Sequence record: OZ378102.1
Strand: one strand, 5' to 3'
DNA: 32,000 bases
Each line of letters opens with the position of its first letter. The stretch's first letter is position 1. The notes beneath the pieces were generated by a model. It was not told the DNA's origin. It was given only the letters and a program-made list of their open reading frames with translations, and did not search any database. Shown piece after piece: positions 1 to 10,603 of the stretch. The position numbers were made by a program, and so were the translations under genes.

Positions 1-2
1 TT

Positions 3-3000
3 AAGAACCGATTATATGAGGTATCTGGTTCTGATGTTCAAGTCTTTTCGACAGACTTAAACAAGACCTATCAAACTAGCTTAAAGGATTTGCGTCTCAA
101 TGAAAATTGGTTGGGGGCATCTGCAGAGTTACATACATTCGCAGAAACAAAAACTGGCCAGAATCGCAAAACCTTACGAAATAAGAAAACTGGTCTTGGT
201 CAGGCAATGAATCAATTAGCTCAAACAATCGAGCACCAATCTATCCGACCAGTTGGTTTAGTTTGTACTCCTAGGTTTTATACTTCACGAACAAATTACA
301 ACTTTAATCCGGATTCTCAAAGTGCCGAACGTCAAAATTTGAACAGACCTTTTGAACCGTTATCCTGGGTAAGACAACCATGGTATCATCGTGCTGAAGA
401 CTTTATTGGGGCATTTCCGTGGAATTATACTGATGAATTACCCACGAGCCTTCGTACTATTGATGTGAAACAGTTTGGTGGAGAGATTTATCCAGCTTCG
501 CTTACCTTGGTATTAGAGAAAAAATCTACTATTGATCTTGAACAAAAGACCTTAATTCCATCTCGACAAGTTCCGAAAAGGTCTAGAAAACGATCTAAGG
601 TTCCTCCAATTCGTTATTTCAGTCATCGAACGGAGTTTCAGATTTTTGATTTTAATTGTCGTCGTTGGGGACCCGCAATTAGACTTTTCTTACAAACAAA
701 TTTCCCTATTCCTAGAAGAGCTTATCAGTTTACACGCTATAAAAACTGGCGCCATCTTGTAGACCCGGCCGCAAAGACATGGGCTGAAGCTAGTCAGCAC
801 GGAACATATCAATTATTAACACACGTTATTACAAACCCTACTCTTTTAGAACTGAACGTGGGTTATGTGGCTGCTCGCAATGAAAACCTAAGTGAAGAAG
901 ATACAACCCCTGCTCTTTCTCTTGAGTTAAACCCAGCTGGGCTTGTCTTTTTGCTTAGTCAAAATTCGAGTAATTGGAAAACAAATTCTAACTCGGTGCA
1001 AGATTTATATCTTAATGCACCTTGTGTAACGCCTTATTCAAATCAATTATTTGCAAGTGGAAGAAAACGCTATATTCGGATTGATCCGCAATGGTTTATG
1101 CTAACTCTTAGTCTTCAAGATAGCCTGAAACCAAAAAATCTCGGTTTTAACCCGATTCCCCCAATGGCACAAGTTTACCTTTGGCGTCTTCAATACCAAA
1201 CGGGACCCAATGAACAAATCATTTCAACATATCACAAGCTTGAGCGTAAGACTAAATATTTCATTAAATCCGCACAGAAACGACGAGATGATATTCAAAA
1301 AGGTTTAAACAGTGCATTTACCTCTAATTTATCGCCAGGGATGAAAGAGCTAATCTTTAATGATTTACTCACTACTCAACTTGATAATTTAGGAAATTCA
1401 CGCCTTACTTTCAACCTCAATTTAGAGTATTCTGGAGCACCAACTGAAGGTGAATTGACGTCGATGGAAAGTTTATTACACCAATTAAGAACATTCCATG
1501 GTGAAGATGAAAATTCAATCTCGAATGAAACGTTAAGCTCTTTATTTGAATCCGTTAACAAACTCGATGAATTTAATTCATTTCAGGTAAACCGACTTCT
1601 TCGACAGCGTATTTTCTCAGATCAGGAAGTTGGGGTTGCTCTTACACGCGTAATGCGTCAATGGGAACATGTTACTTTTTTAGATTCAGATTGGTCAGAA
1701 GTAGACGTACGCCTAAAATTACGTAAAAAAGCGCAACAAAAATTAAACAAACAGGTTCCAAAACCTAAAAAAGAAAAACGAAAAATTAATTCAATTTATG
1801 ATGCACGTCATTTTGTTGATCCTGAGTTAAACCGTTCTACCTCAAACGTATTAGACAGTGTGGATCAGGGTCAGGGTCCGTTACATGCAGTAACACAGTC
1901 TAAATCACTTGGGTACTTCGGTAATCCAGTAAATGAAAACTTAGAGATTGGTAATTCAGTTTTCCATTTTTTACACGACGTTCATTATATTCAGAGTCAG
2001 ATTCCTAAAAATCTTCTTAATTTTAAAACTTTACGAGAGCGCTGGGTAGAGTTCTTTACGGATGACGATCAAACACGCACCAAAGATAGCGATGGTACAA
2101 TTAAAACACCACGACAGCATGAGTTTAATTTTAATCAAGCATTCTTAGAACTTTATCAACCTTCTCGTTTTGAAACGTTTGAAAAGGGGAAATTTGATCA
2201 CATTGTAGACCCATTTGCTCTTGCGAGTAGCTTTTTTGTTTCATCTTCGGCAGCCGGTAATTCACATTTAGACAACAAACAAAAACAACACAAGCTTGGA
2301 ATTTCACCAGAAACATTATGGCGAACAGAGCGTCTTAATCGAACGAAATATAATTCAAATAAATATGAAATCAATGATCAAACAGTAAAAACATTATCGA
2401 ATCAAACATCAATTGGATATTCCAAAGATTCCGAGCTGAATTTCCCATTCATTGATAATTATCTAGATGATCTAAATACACTCGTTTTTAATGACGAATT
2501 AACAATTGGTCTTGTTGCAAATAGTAACGATGATTATCCACATCTTGACTATTTACCTAGTAACACGACTGAACAGTATGACGCAAATCCTGATAACATT
2601 GGTCAATATCGTTATTTACCTTTCTTAACAGTCTTACCTACAAACCGTGCATACTGGGAATGGTATCCTCAATTTAGTCATCGTACGATTTATGATACGT
2701 TATCAGATCAAAATTTAAAGCTCTTCCAACAAGCCCCAAGCCACGACCAAAGTCAATTGGTACTTGTTCGTAACAAAAAGAAGAAAAAGAAAGAAAAGAA
2801 GGAGAAGAAAGACAAAAATCCTGATATTTATTATCGTTTCTCGCATCTTTTTGAGCGTTCAGCTCTTCAAGGATATTATCTCGAACGTCACCCTAAAAAG
2901 AAATCAAAAGATGTAATTTTTGAATTAGAAAATGATCTTTATGCAGAGATTTTGGATAGTGACTCGCTTGGTAATTTCATGAACATTCCCGACCCGGACC

Positions 3001-6000
3001 CACGTCTAGCTGGTCAACGTGTCCTTGAATATAGTATTCAATCACAAGGATCAACAGATTCCAATCTATCATTTCTTCGTGAGGAACCATATGCTCCTTT
3101 AATTAAGACTAGTTCGACTCCAGTTTCAGACACTATAACAGCAAGTGAACGTGTTTGGTTAGAAGCTTTGGGATTTGATCTTGTTGATTCGACCCCTCAC
3201 GTACATGATCAGTCTGCTTCACGACGTGGTCAACCCGTTTCACCAATTTTTACCCGTTATGATAATTATCGATTAGCACAAGGTATGCAATCGTATGAGT
3301 GGGTTGGAAAATATCAGCCACCTTTACATGTTGCCCGTGCTTTTACGGATTGGGTAAAAACTGGACCTTTTGATCAAATTGCGAACTATTGGTTACAAGG
3401 AGATCAAAGATCTTCTTTATTTGGTCGTGCTTACTGGAGTGATTGGCCTTCTGTTTACGCAGAAGACATTGATGAAAGTCTTGAAGAATGGGAAAATTGG
3501 GATGATTATCGTTTAACAGGTGTAAATTCGGGTGTAATTGGTTTATTCCGTCTTTTACTACGTCCAGTCGCAGTTGAATCAGCGGCCAGTCCTATTACTT
3601 TCTTCACATGGATTTGTCAACTATTTGTAGTTGGAATCATTGTTGGAACACTTTTTTTAGGGATCACGTATATTTTCTCAGCAGATATTACGGGAAACTA
3701 TCATGAACGAAAATACTTACAACGAAATCACCCGTTTTATGGATATGAGTTAGAAAATTTCCGTAAAGTGATTATGGCAAGTATTGTTTTCCGTGATAAT
3801 CACCCACTTCGTTCTCTTGGATTTTCTTTTTATGTTCCCGAGCAAAACAACATTCATTTTGGAGATGTTGGTGATTCTATTCGAACGTATGATGAAGTGA
3901 TTTGTGATATGGTTTATTATTTAGATAGACCACGTGACTTCCATGAAGATGAGGAACAAGAGAATTTATTAGAAGATATTATAGCTGGTAAAAAAGACGT
4001 AGTGATCCCAACTACTCCTATTAAAAGTTATTTCTTTATTGGTCGATCTGGAACAGGAAAAGAAACAACAGTTAAAGCTATTGCCCGTGAATTAAATTTA
4101 ACATTATATAGCGTTAGTGCAAAGAAATTTGCAAAAACTGCTGGAATGTCAATTATTGATTGCATTCGTTTCTGTTTTGAATTAGCGGACCTCCAATCCC
4201 CTTCAATTATGTATGTTAGTGACTTTGAATCCTTAACATATAATCGTTCCTATGTACGAAAGAAGAAAGATCCTGCATTAACTTATGCTCCAAACCAATA
4301 TGGGGAAGATGGTGGTACTTATCGTGACCCAGCTTTCTTAAGTCAACGTGCAAACGTTCGTCGAACAGCAACAAATTTCCAGCTCCGGAATAAGCAATAT
4401 CGATTCCAAGAAAAGATTATTATGACTTTATTAGTCGAATTTGATCTTTTATATAAATACAACTATCCGTTCCTTTTCATTGCTTCATCTACAAATCCCA
4501 AGTATGCTGACCCCGCATTACTACGACCTGGAAGATTAGGTAAAATTTTAGCATTTGGTATCTTAACTGGACCTGGACGTTCATGTATTATGCGCGCGAA
4601 TTCAGGTGGTTATCCTTACGCAGCCGATGTTGACTGGTATCGTGTTATGGCAGATACAACAGGTCATTTCGGGAAACAAATTGCTAAAATGTGTCATACC
4701 TCCATGAACCTTATGGAAAAGGAGAATGGGTATGTACACACAAATGGAACTCTGGAAACAGCTGAAGTAGTACGAACAATTTCGATTTACAAAGAACTCA
4801 ATAAAAAATCTGATGCCCAGAAAGCTTTAGAATATGAATTAGGGTTAGAAACTGAAGAAGAGAAAATTCCGGACGATTTTTGGTATATCCACCGTGCACC
4901 AGATGTTCCTACATTCAAAGAACGTCGAAAAACTATGATAGCTGATGAAACAGAATATGAAAGAGATACAATGTCGCTTGCATATTATCAGACAGCACGT
5001 TTCTTTGTTTTTAAATGGGTTGAAGATCCTGGTGATATTCGCCAAGTTCGTTTCTTAAATCGAAAAGTAGAAGAAACGATGGATTTCTTACGTGTTGAAA
5101 ATGTATTTATGCCATGGGCATCTGACCAGAGTTCAGTAATCTTAAATTATATCTTGTATTTAATTTCTGGTTTAGCGGGGGAATGGTTATACTACAAGGG
5201 TCGTTTTGGACATGAAACACGTTGTTTAGATCGATTACCTGAACACCGTCAACAAGATTTTGAAGCCTTTGACACCTATGTAAATCATATCTATTTAAAT
5301 TTTGATCCATTACGTGAAAACTTCAAAAAGAATCAACCCTTGTTATTTATGCATGTAGATTATTGGGCTCATCAACAAGGAAGTGGTCGTCTACCAATTT
5401 TTACTGATGCGTGGCGCTCGATTGGCGAAGTTTTAAATAGCACAACGGTATTTAAAGGTGTCTTTATGCCTCGAGAACTTTTATTGAATTATCAAGATGA
5501 TTTAGCATTTAAATATAATTTCAAACGAAATAAAGATCGTCGAACATATAAAAACTGGTTCTTTATTGACTCCTATACAAATAGTTATAGTGATTTATAC
5601 CAACGCGGATGTGAAGCAGATCCCGTTCATACTGGTAATTACTCCTGGCTTGTTCCATTCCTTGAGTATGATCCCACAGATGACCCAGAAAATAACGGGC
5701 GTGAAGATCTTGAAGAACCATTTAATACTGAGTTAGTTAAGTATTATCACTGGCATCAAAACTATACCGGGTTAACACAAACAGCTGCAACATATGGGCA
5801 TAAAGAACAATACTGGCAACGTCAAGCACGAATGCAAGCATTAATTGTAACATCTACATTGCTAGATCTTTTTAGACCCTTAGTTGATTTTGTTGCTTAT
5901 ACGTTAGCAAAAGATGGTCAAGTTCCTCATACTATTATCCGTAGTCTTTTCAAACCTGAATTCTGTTATACTTTTGCTATTAAAGATCAACGATTAACAA

Positions 6001-6401
6001 CGGCATTATCAAATGATGTACCTGCTCGATTAGAAGAAAATACAACAATTCAAACTTCTCCGTATGCTTTTACCTTTAAAACTGGTAAAACAGGACGTTC
6101 AATTAATCAGAAGTATGAACAAATTAAAGTTAAAAAAGTAATGCGAACAAGTTCAAATGTTGGCTATGTAACTTTTAATCAAGGGACAGGACAAAGCTGT
6201 TATCGTAAAACCTATAATTACATTACAGATTTATCGTATTATGAGCACCCTGCAGTAATTGAATCACTTGGAGTACCTTTAAAAGAAATTGAAAGAGATT
6301 TAACTAAAAAAGTTAAAGTGGAAAACAATCGACAAGTAAAGCGTGATCAAGCTAGTAAAGCGTTAAAGCAATTTATTGAGCAAGGAAATTTAAATTCGTA
6401 A
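3..6401 (+). CDS. ftsH: Giant FtsH-like / Ycf2-type AAA+ protein, truncated at the 5' end by the window edge
   Basis: The frame is open from nt 3. The ORF-track start at 90 is a TTG with no upstream stop, so the gene begins left of the window. One predicted TM helix (ITFFTWICQLFVVGIIVGTLFLGITYIF, nt 3594-3677) precedes an AAA module. That module has Walker A GRSGTGKE (4041-4064), a Walker-B-like IMYVSDFE (4206-4229) and the second region of homology DPALLRPGRLG (RPGR at 4521-4538). An FtsH M41-like remnant follows, with LAYYQTARF (4980-5003) where FtsH has AYHEAGH. The remainder has no motif I recognise. Confidence 0.75.
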   Translation, partial: KNRLYEVSGSDVQVFSTDLNKTYQTSLKDLRLNENWLGASAELHTFAETKTGQNRKTLRNKKTGLGQAMNQLAQTIEHQSIRPVGLVCTPRFYTSRTNYNFNPDSQSAERQNLNRPFEPLSWVRQPWYHRAEDFIGAFPWNYTDELPTSLRTIDVKQFGGEIYPASLTLVLEKKSTIDLEQKTLIPSRQVPKRSRKRSKVPPIRYFSHRTEFQIFDFNCRRWGPAIRLFLQTNFPIPRRAYQFTRYKNWRHLVDPAAKTWAEASQHGTYQLLTHVITNPTLLELNVGYVAARNENLSEEDTTPALSLELNPAGLVFLLSQNSSNWKTNSNSVQDLYLNAPCVTPYSNQLFASGRKRYIRIDPQWFMLTLSLQDSLKPKNLGFNPIPPMAQVYLWRLQYQTGPNEQIISTYHKLERKTKYFIKSAQKRRDDIQKGLNSAFTSNLSPGMKELIFNDLLTTQLDNLGNSRLTFNLNLEYSGAPTEGELTSMESLLHQLRTFHGEDENSISNETLSSLFESVNKLDEFNSFQVNRLLRQRIFSDQEVGVALTRVMRQWEHVTFLDSDWSEVDVRLKLRKKAQQKLNKQVPKPKKEKRKINSIYDARHFVDPELNRSTSNVLDSVDQGQGPLHAVTQSKSLGYFGNPVNENLEIGNSVFHFLHDVHYIQSQIPKNLLNFKTLRERWVEFFTDDDQTRTKDSDGTIKTPRQHEFNFNQAFLELYQPSRFETFEKGKFDHIVDPFALASSFFVSSSAAGNSHLDNKQKQHKLGISPETLWRTERLNRTKYNSNKYEINDQTVKTLSNQTSIGYSKDSELNFPFIDNYLDDLNTLVFNDELTIGLVANSNDDYPHLDYLPSNTTEQYDANPDNIGQYRYLPFLTVLPTNRAYWEWYPQFSHRTIYDTLSDQNLKLFQQAPSHDQSQLVLVRNKKKKKKEKKEKKDKNPDIYYRFSHLFERSALQGYYLERHPKKKSKDVIFELENDLYAEILDSDSLGNFMNIPDPDPRLAGQRVLEYSIQSQGSTDSNLSFLREEPYAPLIKTSSTPVSDTITASERVWLEALGFDLVDSTPHVHDQSASRRGQPVSPIFTRYDNYRLAQGMQSYEWVGKYQPPLHVARAFTDWVKTGPFDQIANYWLQGDQRSSLFGRAYWSDWPSVYAEDIDESLEEWENWDDYRLTGVNSGVIGLFRLLLRPVAVESAASPITFFTWICQLFVVGIIVGTLFLGITYIFSADITGNYHERKYLQRNHPFYGYELENFRKVIMASIVFRDNHPLRSLGFSFYVPEQNNIHFGDVGDSIRTYDEVICDMVYYLDRPRDFHEDEEQENLLEDIIAGKKDVVIPTTPIKSYFFIGRSGTGKETTVKAIARELNLTLYSVSAKKFAKTAGMSIIDCIRFCFELADLQSPSIMYVSDFESLTYNRSYVRKKKDPALTYAPNQYGEDGGTYRDPAFLSQRANVRRTATNFQLRNKQYRFQEKIIMTLLVEFDLLYKYNYPFLFIASSTNPKYADPALLRPGRLGKILAFGILTGPGRSCIMRANSGGYPYAADVDWYRVMADTTGHFGKQIAKMCHTSMNLMEKENGYVHTNGTLETAEVVRTISIYKELNKKSDAQKALEYELGLETEEEKIPDDFWYIHRAPDVPTFKERRKTMIADETEYERDTMSLAYYQTARFFVFKWVEDPGDIRQVRFLNRKVEETMDFLRVENVFMPWASDQSSVILNYILYLISGLAGEWLYYKGRFGHETRCLDRLPEHRQQDFEAFDTYVNHIYLNFDPLRENFKKNQPLLFMHVDYWAHQQGSGRLPIFTDAWRSIGEVLNSTTVFKGVFMPRELLLNYQDDLAFKYNFKRNKDRRTYKNWFFIDSYTNSYSDLYQRGCEADPVHTGNYSWLVPFLEYDPTDDPENNGREDLEEPFNTELVKYYHWHQNYTGLTQTAATYGHKEQYWQRQARMQALIVTSTLLDLFRPLVDFVAYTLAKDGQVPHTIIRSLFKPEFCYTFAIKDQRLTTALSNDVPARLEENTTIQTSPYAFTFKTGKTGRSINQKYEQIKVKKVMRTSSNVGYVTFNQGTGQSCYRKTYNYITDLSYYEHPAVIESLGVPLKEIERDLTKKVKVENNRQVKRDQASKALKQFIEQGNLNS
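2775..2812 (+). repeat. 38-nt uninterrupted polypurine tract encoding a Lys/Glu-rich low-complexity segment (KKKKKKEKKEKKDK) inside the giant ORF
   Basis: Direct reading: nt 2775-2812 contain only A and G. Confidence 0.9.
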
Positions 6402-6417
6402 TAAATAGAAAATAGAG

Positions 6418-6452
6418 ACCAGTAGCATTGACAAACTTTCAATGCTACTGGT
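6418..6452 (+). terminator. 3' inverted repeat (mRNA 3'-end stem-loop) after the ftsH-like ORF
   Basis: Perfect 13-bp stem accagtagcattg / caatgctactggt with a 9-nt loop, followed by TTTT. It starts 17 nt after the stop codon. Confidence 0.6.
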
Positions 6453-6520
6453 TTTAAGTTTTAAATCAAAAAGTTATGAAAGAACATATGTAATTTTTTT
6501 TATAAAATAGTATTATATTA

Positions 6521-6594
6521 TCGGGGTAGGGGGATTCGAACCCACGGCCTCTGCCTCCCAAAGACATTGCTCTACCAAGCTGAGCTATACCCCG
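6521..6594 (-). tRNA. trnP: tRNA-Pro (anticodon UGG)
   Basis: The reverse complement, CGGGGTA TA GCTC AGCTTGGTA GAGC A ATGTC TTTGGGA GGCAG ... TTCGAAT ... TACCCCG A, folds as a cloverleaf. The anticodon loop TTTGGGA gives UGG. Confidence 0.9.
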
Positions 6595-6825
6595 TTCTAT
6601 CATGTACATTCATTATACTTCTTACAGAATAGTAGTAAGATACTTTTTTGTCAAGGTTTTAAAAACTAATATCGTTTATATTTTTCTTTAATAAATTACC
6701 AAAATTACCGAAACTCTAATTAGGCTCAACATAATATTAGAAATTGTTGGGTAAACGTTCTTTATCCAAACAAGTTAGAATACTTTTTCCAAGTATCAAA
6801 TCTCTTACAAACACAACAGAATAAC

Positions 6826-7116
6826 ATGGGACAACTTGCAACCGTTGAAGGAATTAAAGGAGTTGTTGTAACACTAAAAACTTGTAAATTAGTTGAACAG
6901 AATCGATGGACTTTAGATGTGGATCCACATTTAAATAAAACACAAATTCGTCAACTAGTAGAATCAACATTTGGTGTACAAGTTCTTGCTGTGAATACTC
7001 ACATGCCTCCACGTCGTCGTCGTGCATTAGCACGTGGTGGTGGTTATTTACCACGTTATAAGCGCGCAATCGTAACACTTCGACAAGGTGATACTTTAGT
7101 TTCGGATTCTGAATAA
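6826..7116 (+). CDS. rpl23: 50S ribosomal protein L23
   Basis: 96-aa ORF with an L23-like core (...[10 protein letters not shown]...[12 protein letters not shown]). It sits at the head of the conserved rpl23-rpl2-rps19 cluster. Confidence 0.85.
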   Translation: MGQLATVEGIKGVVVTLKTCKLVEQNRWTLDVDPHLNKTQIRQLVESTFGVQVLAVNTHMPPRRRRALARGGGYLPRYKRAIVTLRQGDTLVSDSE

Positions 7117-7148
7117 TTTTATATTTTATAACAAGGCTTTTTTTTGTT

Positions 7149-7979
7149 ATGGCGATTCGATTTTATAATCCATACACACCGGGAAATCGAAACCATTCTG
7201 CGTTAGATTTCTCCGAACTTACTCGTAAACAACCTGAAAAACATTTAGTAAAAGGTCAAAATCGTAGCCATGGTCGAAATAATCGTGGAGTTATTACGTG
7301 TCGCCACAAAGGGGGTGGACACAAACGTCTCTATCGTACGATTGATTTCCGCCGTGGTCTCGTTGAAACACCTGCAAAGGTAGAAGCAATTGAATATGAT
7401 CCCAACCGAACAGCTAACTTAGCCTTACTTCATTATGAAGATGGAACGAAAAGCTACATTTTACATCCTCGAGGTGTAAAAGTTGGTGATACATTACTTT
7501 CAAGTTTGCGCCCTCCGATTCAACCAGGTAATGCCCTTCCCTTGGCCAGTGCACCTTTGGGAACATTAGTTCATGCAATTGAGCTCCAGCCTGGGAAAGG
7601 GGCACAAGTAGCACGCTCCGCTGGCTCCGCCGCACAAATTGTAGCAAAAGAAGGAGCTGCAGTAACTCTCCGATTACCGTCTGGTGAAGTACGTCTCTTT
7701 TCCCGTTACTGTTGGTCAACGATTGGCCAAGTTGGAAATGAAGAACGTGCCAACATTCGTTTAGGAAAAGCAGGCCGTCGCCGTTGGTTAGGAATTCGTC
7801 CTCGTGTTCGTGGTGTTGTTATGAACCCATGTGATCACCCTCATGGTGGTGGTGAAGGACGTGCACCGATTGGACGCAGCCGTCCTGTTACCCCTTGGGG
7901 ACAACCAGCACTTGGAAAACGTACACGTTCTAATCGTCGTTATAGTGAAAAGGCGATTCTTCGTCGTCGTGGATCTTAA
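7149..7979 (+). CDS. rpl2: 50S ribosomal protein L2
   Basis: 276 aa with diagnostic L2 motifs [22 protein letters not shown] and [19 protein letters not shown]. Confidence 0.97.
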   Translation: MAIRFYNPYTPGNRNHSALDFSELTRKQPEKHLVKGQNRSHGRNNRGVITCRHKGGGHKRLYRTIDFRRGLVETPAKVEAIEYDPNRTANLALLHYEDGTKSYILHPRGVKVGDTLLSSLRPPIQPGNALPLASAPLGTLVHAIELQPGKGAQVARSAGSAAQIVAKEGAAVTLRLPSGEVRLFSRYCWSTIGQVGNEERANIRLGKAGRRRWLGIRPRVRGVVMNPCDHPHGGGEGRAPIGRSRPVTPWGQPALGKRTRSNRRYSEKAILRRRGS

Positions 7980-8009
7980 TGTTAGTTGAAATACCAATCG
8001 TCTAAAATT

Positions 8010-8288
8010 ATGCCCCGCTCTTTATCAAAAGGACCTTTTGTTTCATATAAACTTCTCCGTCTGTTAGAGAAGATGAATGCTGAAGGAAAAAAACAAGTTA
8101 TTCGTACATGGTCTCGTTCTTCTACCATTGTTCCAATTATGATTGGTCATACGGTAGCTGTACATAACGGCCGTACTCATATTCCAGTTTTTATTACTGA
8201 CCAAATGGTTGGTCATAAATTAGGTGAATTTGCACCTACTCGTACATTTCGTAGTCACATCAAAAAAGATAAACGTGCAAAACGTTAA
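8010..8288 (+). CDS. rps19: 30S ribosomal protein S19
   Basis: [11 protein letters not shown]...[33 protein letters not shown]. The ORF-track start at 7986 is TTG. The first ATG, at 8010, matches the conserved S19 N-terminus. Confidence 0.93.
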   Translation: MPRSLSKGPFVSYKLLRLLEKMNAEGKKQVIRTWSRSSTIVPIMIGHTVAVHNGRTHIPVFITDQMVGHKLGEFAPTRTFRSHIKKDKRAKR

Positions 8289-8313
8289 TCAATATTAGAT
8301 TTTTTAAACATCT

Positions 8314-9174
8314 ATGGGACAAAAAGTTAATCCCTTTGGATTCCGTCTTGGGTATTCACAACACCATCGCTCTGATTGGTTTGCTTCTTCCCAAGATTAT
8401 TCAAAGAAACTTCAAGAAGATTTACTCGTTCGTAAGTTTTTAACGCGTGAATTTCCGGATACTGAAAGTGGTATTTCAGCAGTTTATACCCGTCGTAAAG
8501 GACAATTATTATCTCTTGAAATTCATACTGCTCGCCCTCGTGTTTTACTTGGTTCTAATCAAGAAACACAAGACCCTACAAATCGCGTATCTGGCCTTGT
8601 ACAAGTTCGACGTGATTTAGAAAAGCTTTTTCCTCAAAAGATTCCCTTAAGTTTACGCTTAGTGGAAGAAACACAACCAGATTCAAATGTTGCATTATTA
8701 GCAGCATCTTTAGCTCATCAATTAGAAAAACGAGTAGCATTTCGTCGTGCTCTCAAACAAACCATTAAACGAGCACAAACAGCTCGTGGTGTGTTAGGGG
8801 TAAAAGTACAAATCTCTGGTCGTTTAAATGGTGCTGAAATTGCCCGAAGTGAATGGGTACGTGAAGGTCGAGTACCTTTACATACTCTTCGAGCTGAGGT
8901 TGATTATGCAACTCATACAGCAAGAACGTTGTATGGTTGTCTAGGAATTAAAGTTTGGTTATATAAAGAGAGTCAAGGACTTTATCAAAAGCAAAAAACT
9001 GGAATGGGACAACAACGTGCACTTGACGAATCAAATGTATCGGTTACTCAAGCTGATGAATTAGATCAAGCACGTGTAACAAATCCCGAAGATTTTAATA
9101 TTCCTGTTTTATTACCTCGTCCTACACTTCCCAAACGTGTAGACGCAACAGTTTCGGAAGAAACAAGCGCATAA
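8314..9174 (+). CDS. rps3: 30S ribosomal protein S3 with a C-terminal extension
   Basis: N-terminus MGQKVNPFGFRLG. The S3 core runs to ...GCLGIKVWLYK (aa 218). A further 68 aa (nt 8968-9171) have no recognisable conservation. Confidence 0.93.
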   Translation: MGQKVNPFGFRLGYSQHHRSDWFASSQDYSKKLQEDLLVRKFLTREFPDTESGISAVYTRRKGQLLSLEIHTARPRVLLGSNQETQDPTNRVSGLVQVRRDLEKLFPQKIPLSLRLVEETQPDSNVALLAASLAHQLEKRVAFRRALKQTIKRAQTARGVLGVKVQISGRLNGAEIARSEWVREGRVPLHTLRAEVDYATHTARTLYGCLGIKVWLYKESQGLYQKQKTGMGQQRALDESNVSVTQADELDQARVTNPEDFNIPVLLPRPTLPKRVDATVSEETSA

Positions 9175-9197
9175 TATTCTTTTAAGTAAAATAGTTT

Positions 9198-9617
9198 ATG
9201 TTAAGTCCTAAACGTACTAAATTTCGACGATATCATCGTGGCCGAATGCGTGGCCGTACGCTACGTGGAAATAAACCTGTTTTTGGTAATTTCGCGTTAC
9301 GTGCGACTGAATGCTCCTGGGTAACATCTCGTCAACTCGAAGCCGGCCGACGTGCAATTACACGTTATGTTCGTCGTGGTGGAAAACTTTGGATTCGTGT
9401 TTTCCCAGACCGTCCTATTACAATGCGACCAGCAGAGACTCGTATGGGTTCGGGTAAAGGTGCACCAGAATACTGGGTAGCCGTTGTTCGTCCTGGTCGT
9501 ATTATTTATGAAATTGATGGGGTGTCTGAGTCGGTTGCTCGTGCCGCAATGCGACTTGCAGCTTACAAAATGCCCATGAAGACACAATTTGTTAGTCGTA
9601 TGCTATCGGCATCTTAA
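9198..9617 (+). CDS. rpl16: 50S ribosomal protein L16
   Basis: [19 protein letters not shown]...[24 protein letters not shown], a canonical L16. Confidence 0.96.
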   Translation: MLSPKRTKFRRYHRGRMRGRTLRGNKPVFGNFALRATECSWVTSRQLEAGRRAITRYVRRGGKLWIRVFPDRPITMRPAETRMGSGKGAPEYWVAVVRPGRIIYEIDGVSESVARAAMRLAAYKMPMKTQFVSRMLSAS

Positions 9618-9645
9618 CAAGTTCATTGTTAAAGTAGAAACAAAA

Positions 9646-10014
9646 ATGATTCAGGCTCAAACATATTTAACAGTTGCTGATAATAGCGGTGCTCGCAAAC
9701 TCATGTGTATTCGTGTCTTAGGTACAAATCGTCCTAAATATGCCCGTGTCGGAGATATTATTATTGCAGTAGTCAAAGAGGCTCTTCCTAATATGCCTGT
9801 CAAAAAATCAGATATTGTTCGAGCAGTAATTGTTCGAACAAAGAAACCAATTCAACGTGAAGATGGCATGACTATCCGATTTGATGAAAATGCTGCTGTT
9901 GTTTTAAATGCTGCGGACAGTCCTCGCGGGACACGTGTTTTTGGCCCTATTGCACGTGAACTTCGTGACAAGGACTTTGGAAAAATTATTTCCCTTGCTC
10001 CTGAAGTAATTTAA
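9646..10014 (+). CDS. rpl14: 50S ribosomal protein L14
   Basis: [26 protein letters not shown]... The ATG at 9646 matches the conserved N-terminus. The ORF-track start at 9589 overlaps rpl16 and is not conserved. Confidence 0.96.
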   Translation: MIQAQTYLTVADNSGARKLMCIRVLGTNRPKYARVGDIIIAVVKEALPNMPVKKSDIVRAVIVRTKKPIQREDGMTIRFDENAAVVLNAADSPRGTRVFGPIARELRDKDFGKIISLAPEVI

Positions 10015-10057
10015 AACAATTTTTTGTTTTATTTAATTTGTTATAAAAATTCTTCTC

Positions 10058-10603
10058 ATGACACAGCGTTTAAAGAAACAATATCTTGAATCAATTCGTC
10101 CTGCATTGATAAAAGAATTTAATTACAAGAATACTCACCAAGTTCCTAAAGTAACAAAAGTAGTATTAAACCGTGGAATGGGTGAAGCAACTCAAAACCC
10201 ACGTTCTATGGATACTTCGTTACATGAAGTATCGGTAATCGCTGGACAAAAAGGTGTAGTAACCCGCTCTCGCCAATCAATCGCAAGTTTCAAACTTCGT
10301 GAAGAAATGCCTATTGGGATTTCAGTAACTTTACGAGGTGATCGTATGTATAGTTTTCTTGATCGTTTAATCAATTTAGCGTTACCTCGAATTCGTGACT
10401 TCCAAGGAATTAGCTCAACCAGTTTTGATGGTCGAGGTAATTATAACTTAGGATTAGAAGAACAGTTAATGTTCCCTGAAATTGAATACGATAAGATTGA
10501 TCGAATTCGTGGAATGGATATTTCCATTGTAACCAATAGTTCAACTGATCAAGAAGGACTGGCGTTACTCAAAGCGTTTGGTATGCCTTTTAAAAATCAA
10601 TAA
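10058..10603 (+). CDS. rpl5: 50S ribosomal protein L5
   Basis: 181 aa with an L5 signature (...[15 protein letters not shown]...[14 protein letters not shown]...RGMDISIVT...). Its position after rpl14 is conserved. Confidence 0.93.
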   Translation: MTQRLKKQYLESIRPALIKEFNYKNTHQVPKVTKVVLNRGMGEATQNPRSMDTSLHEVSVIAGQKGVVTRSRQSIASFKLREEMPIGISVTLRGDRMYSFLDRLINLALPRIRDFQGISSTSFDGRGNYNLGLEEQLMFPEIEYDKIDRIRGMDISIVTNSSTDQEGLALLKAFGMPFKNQ

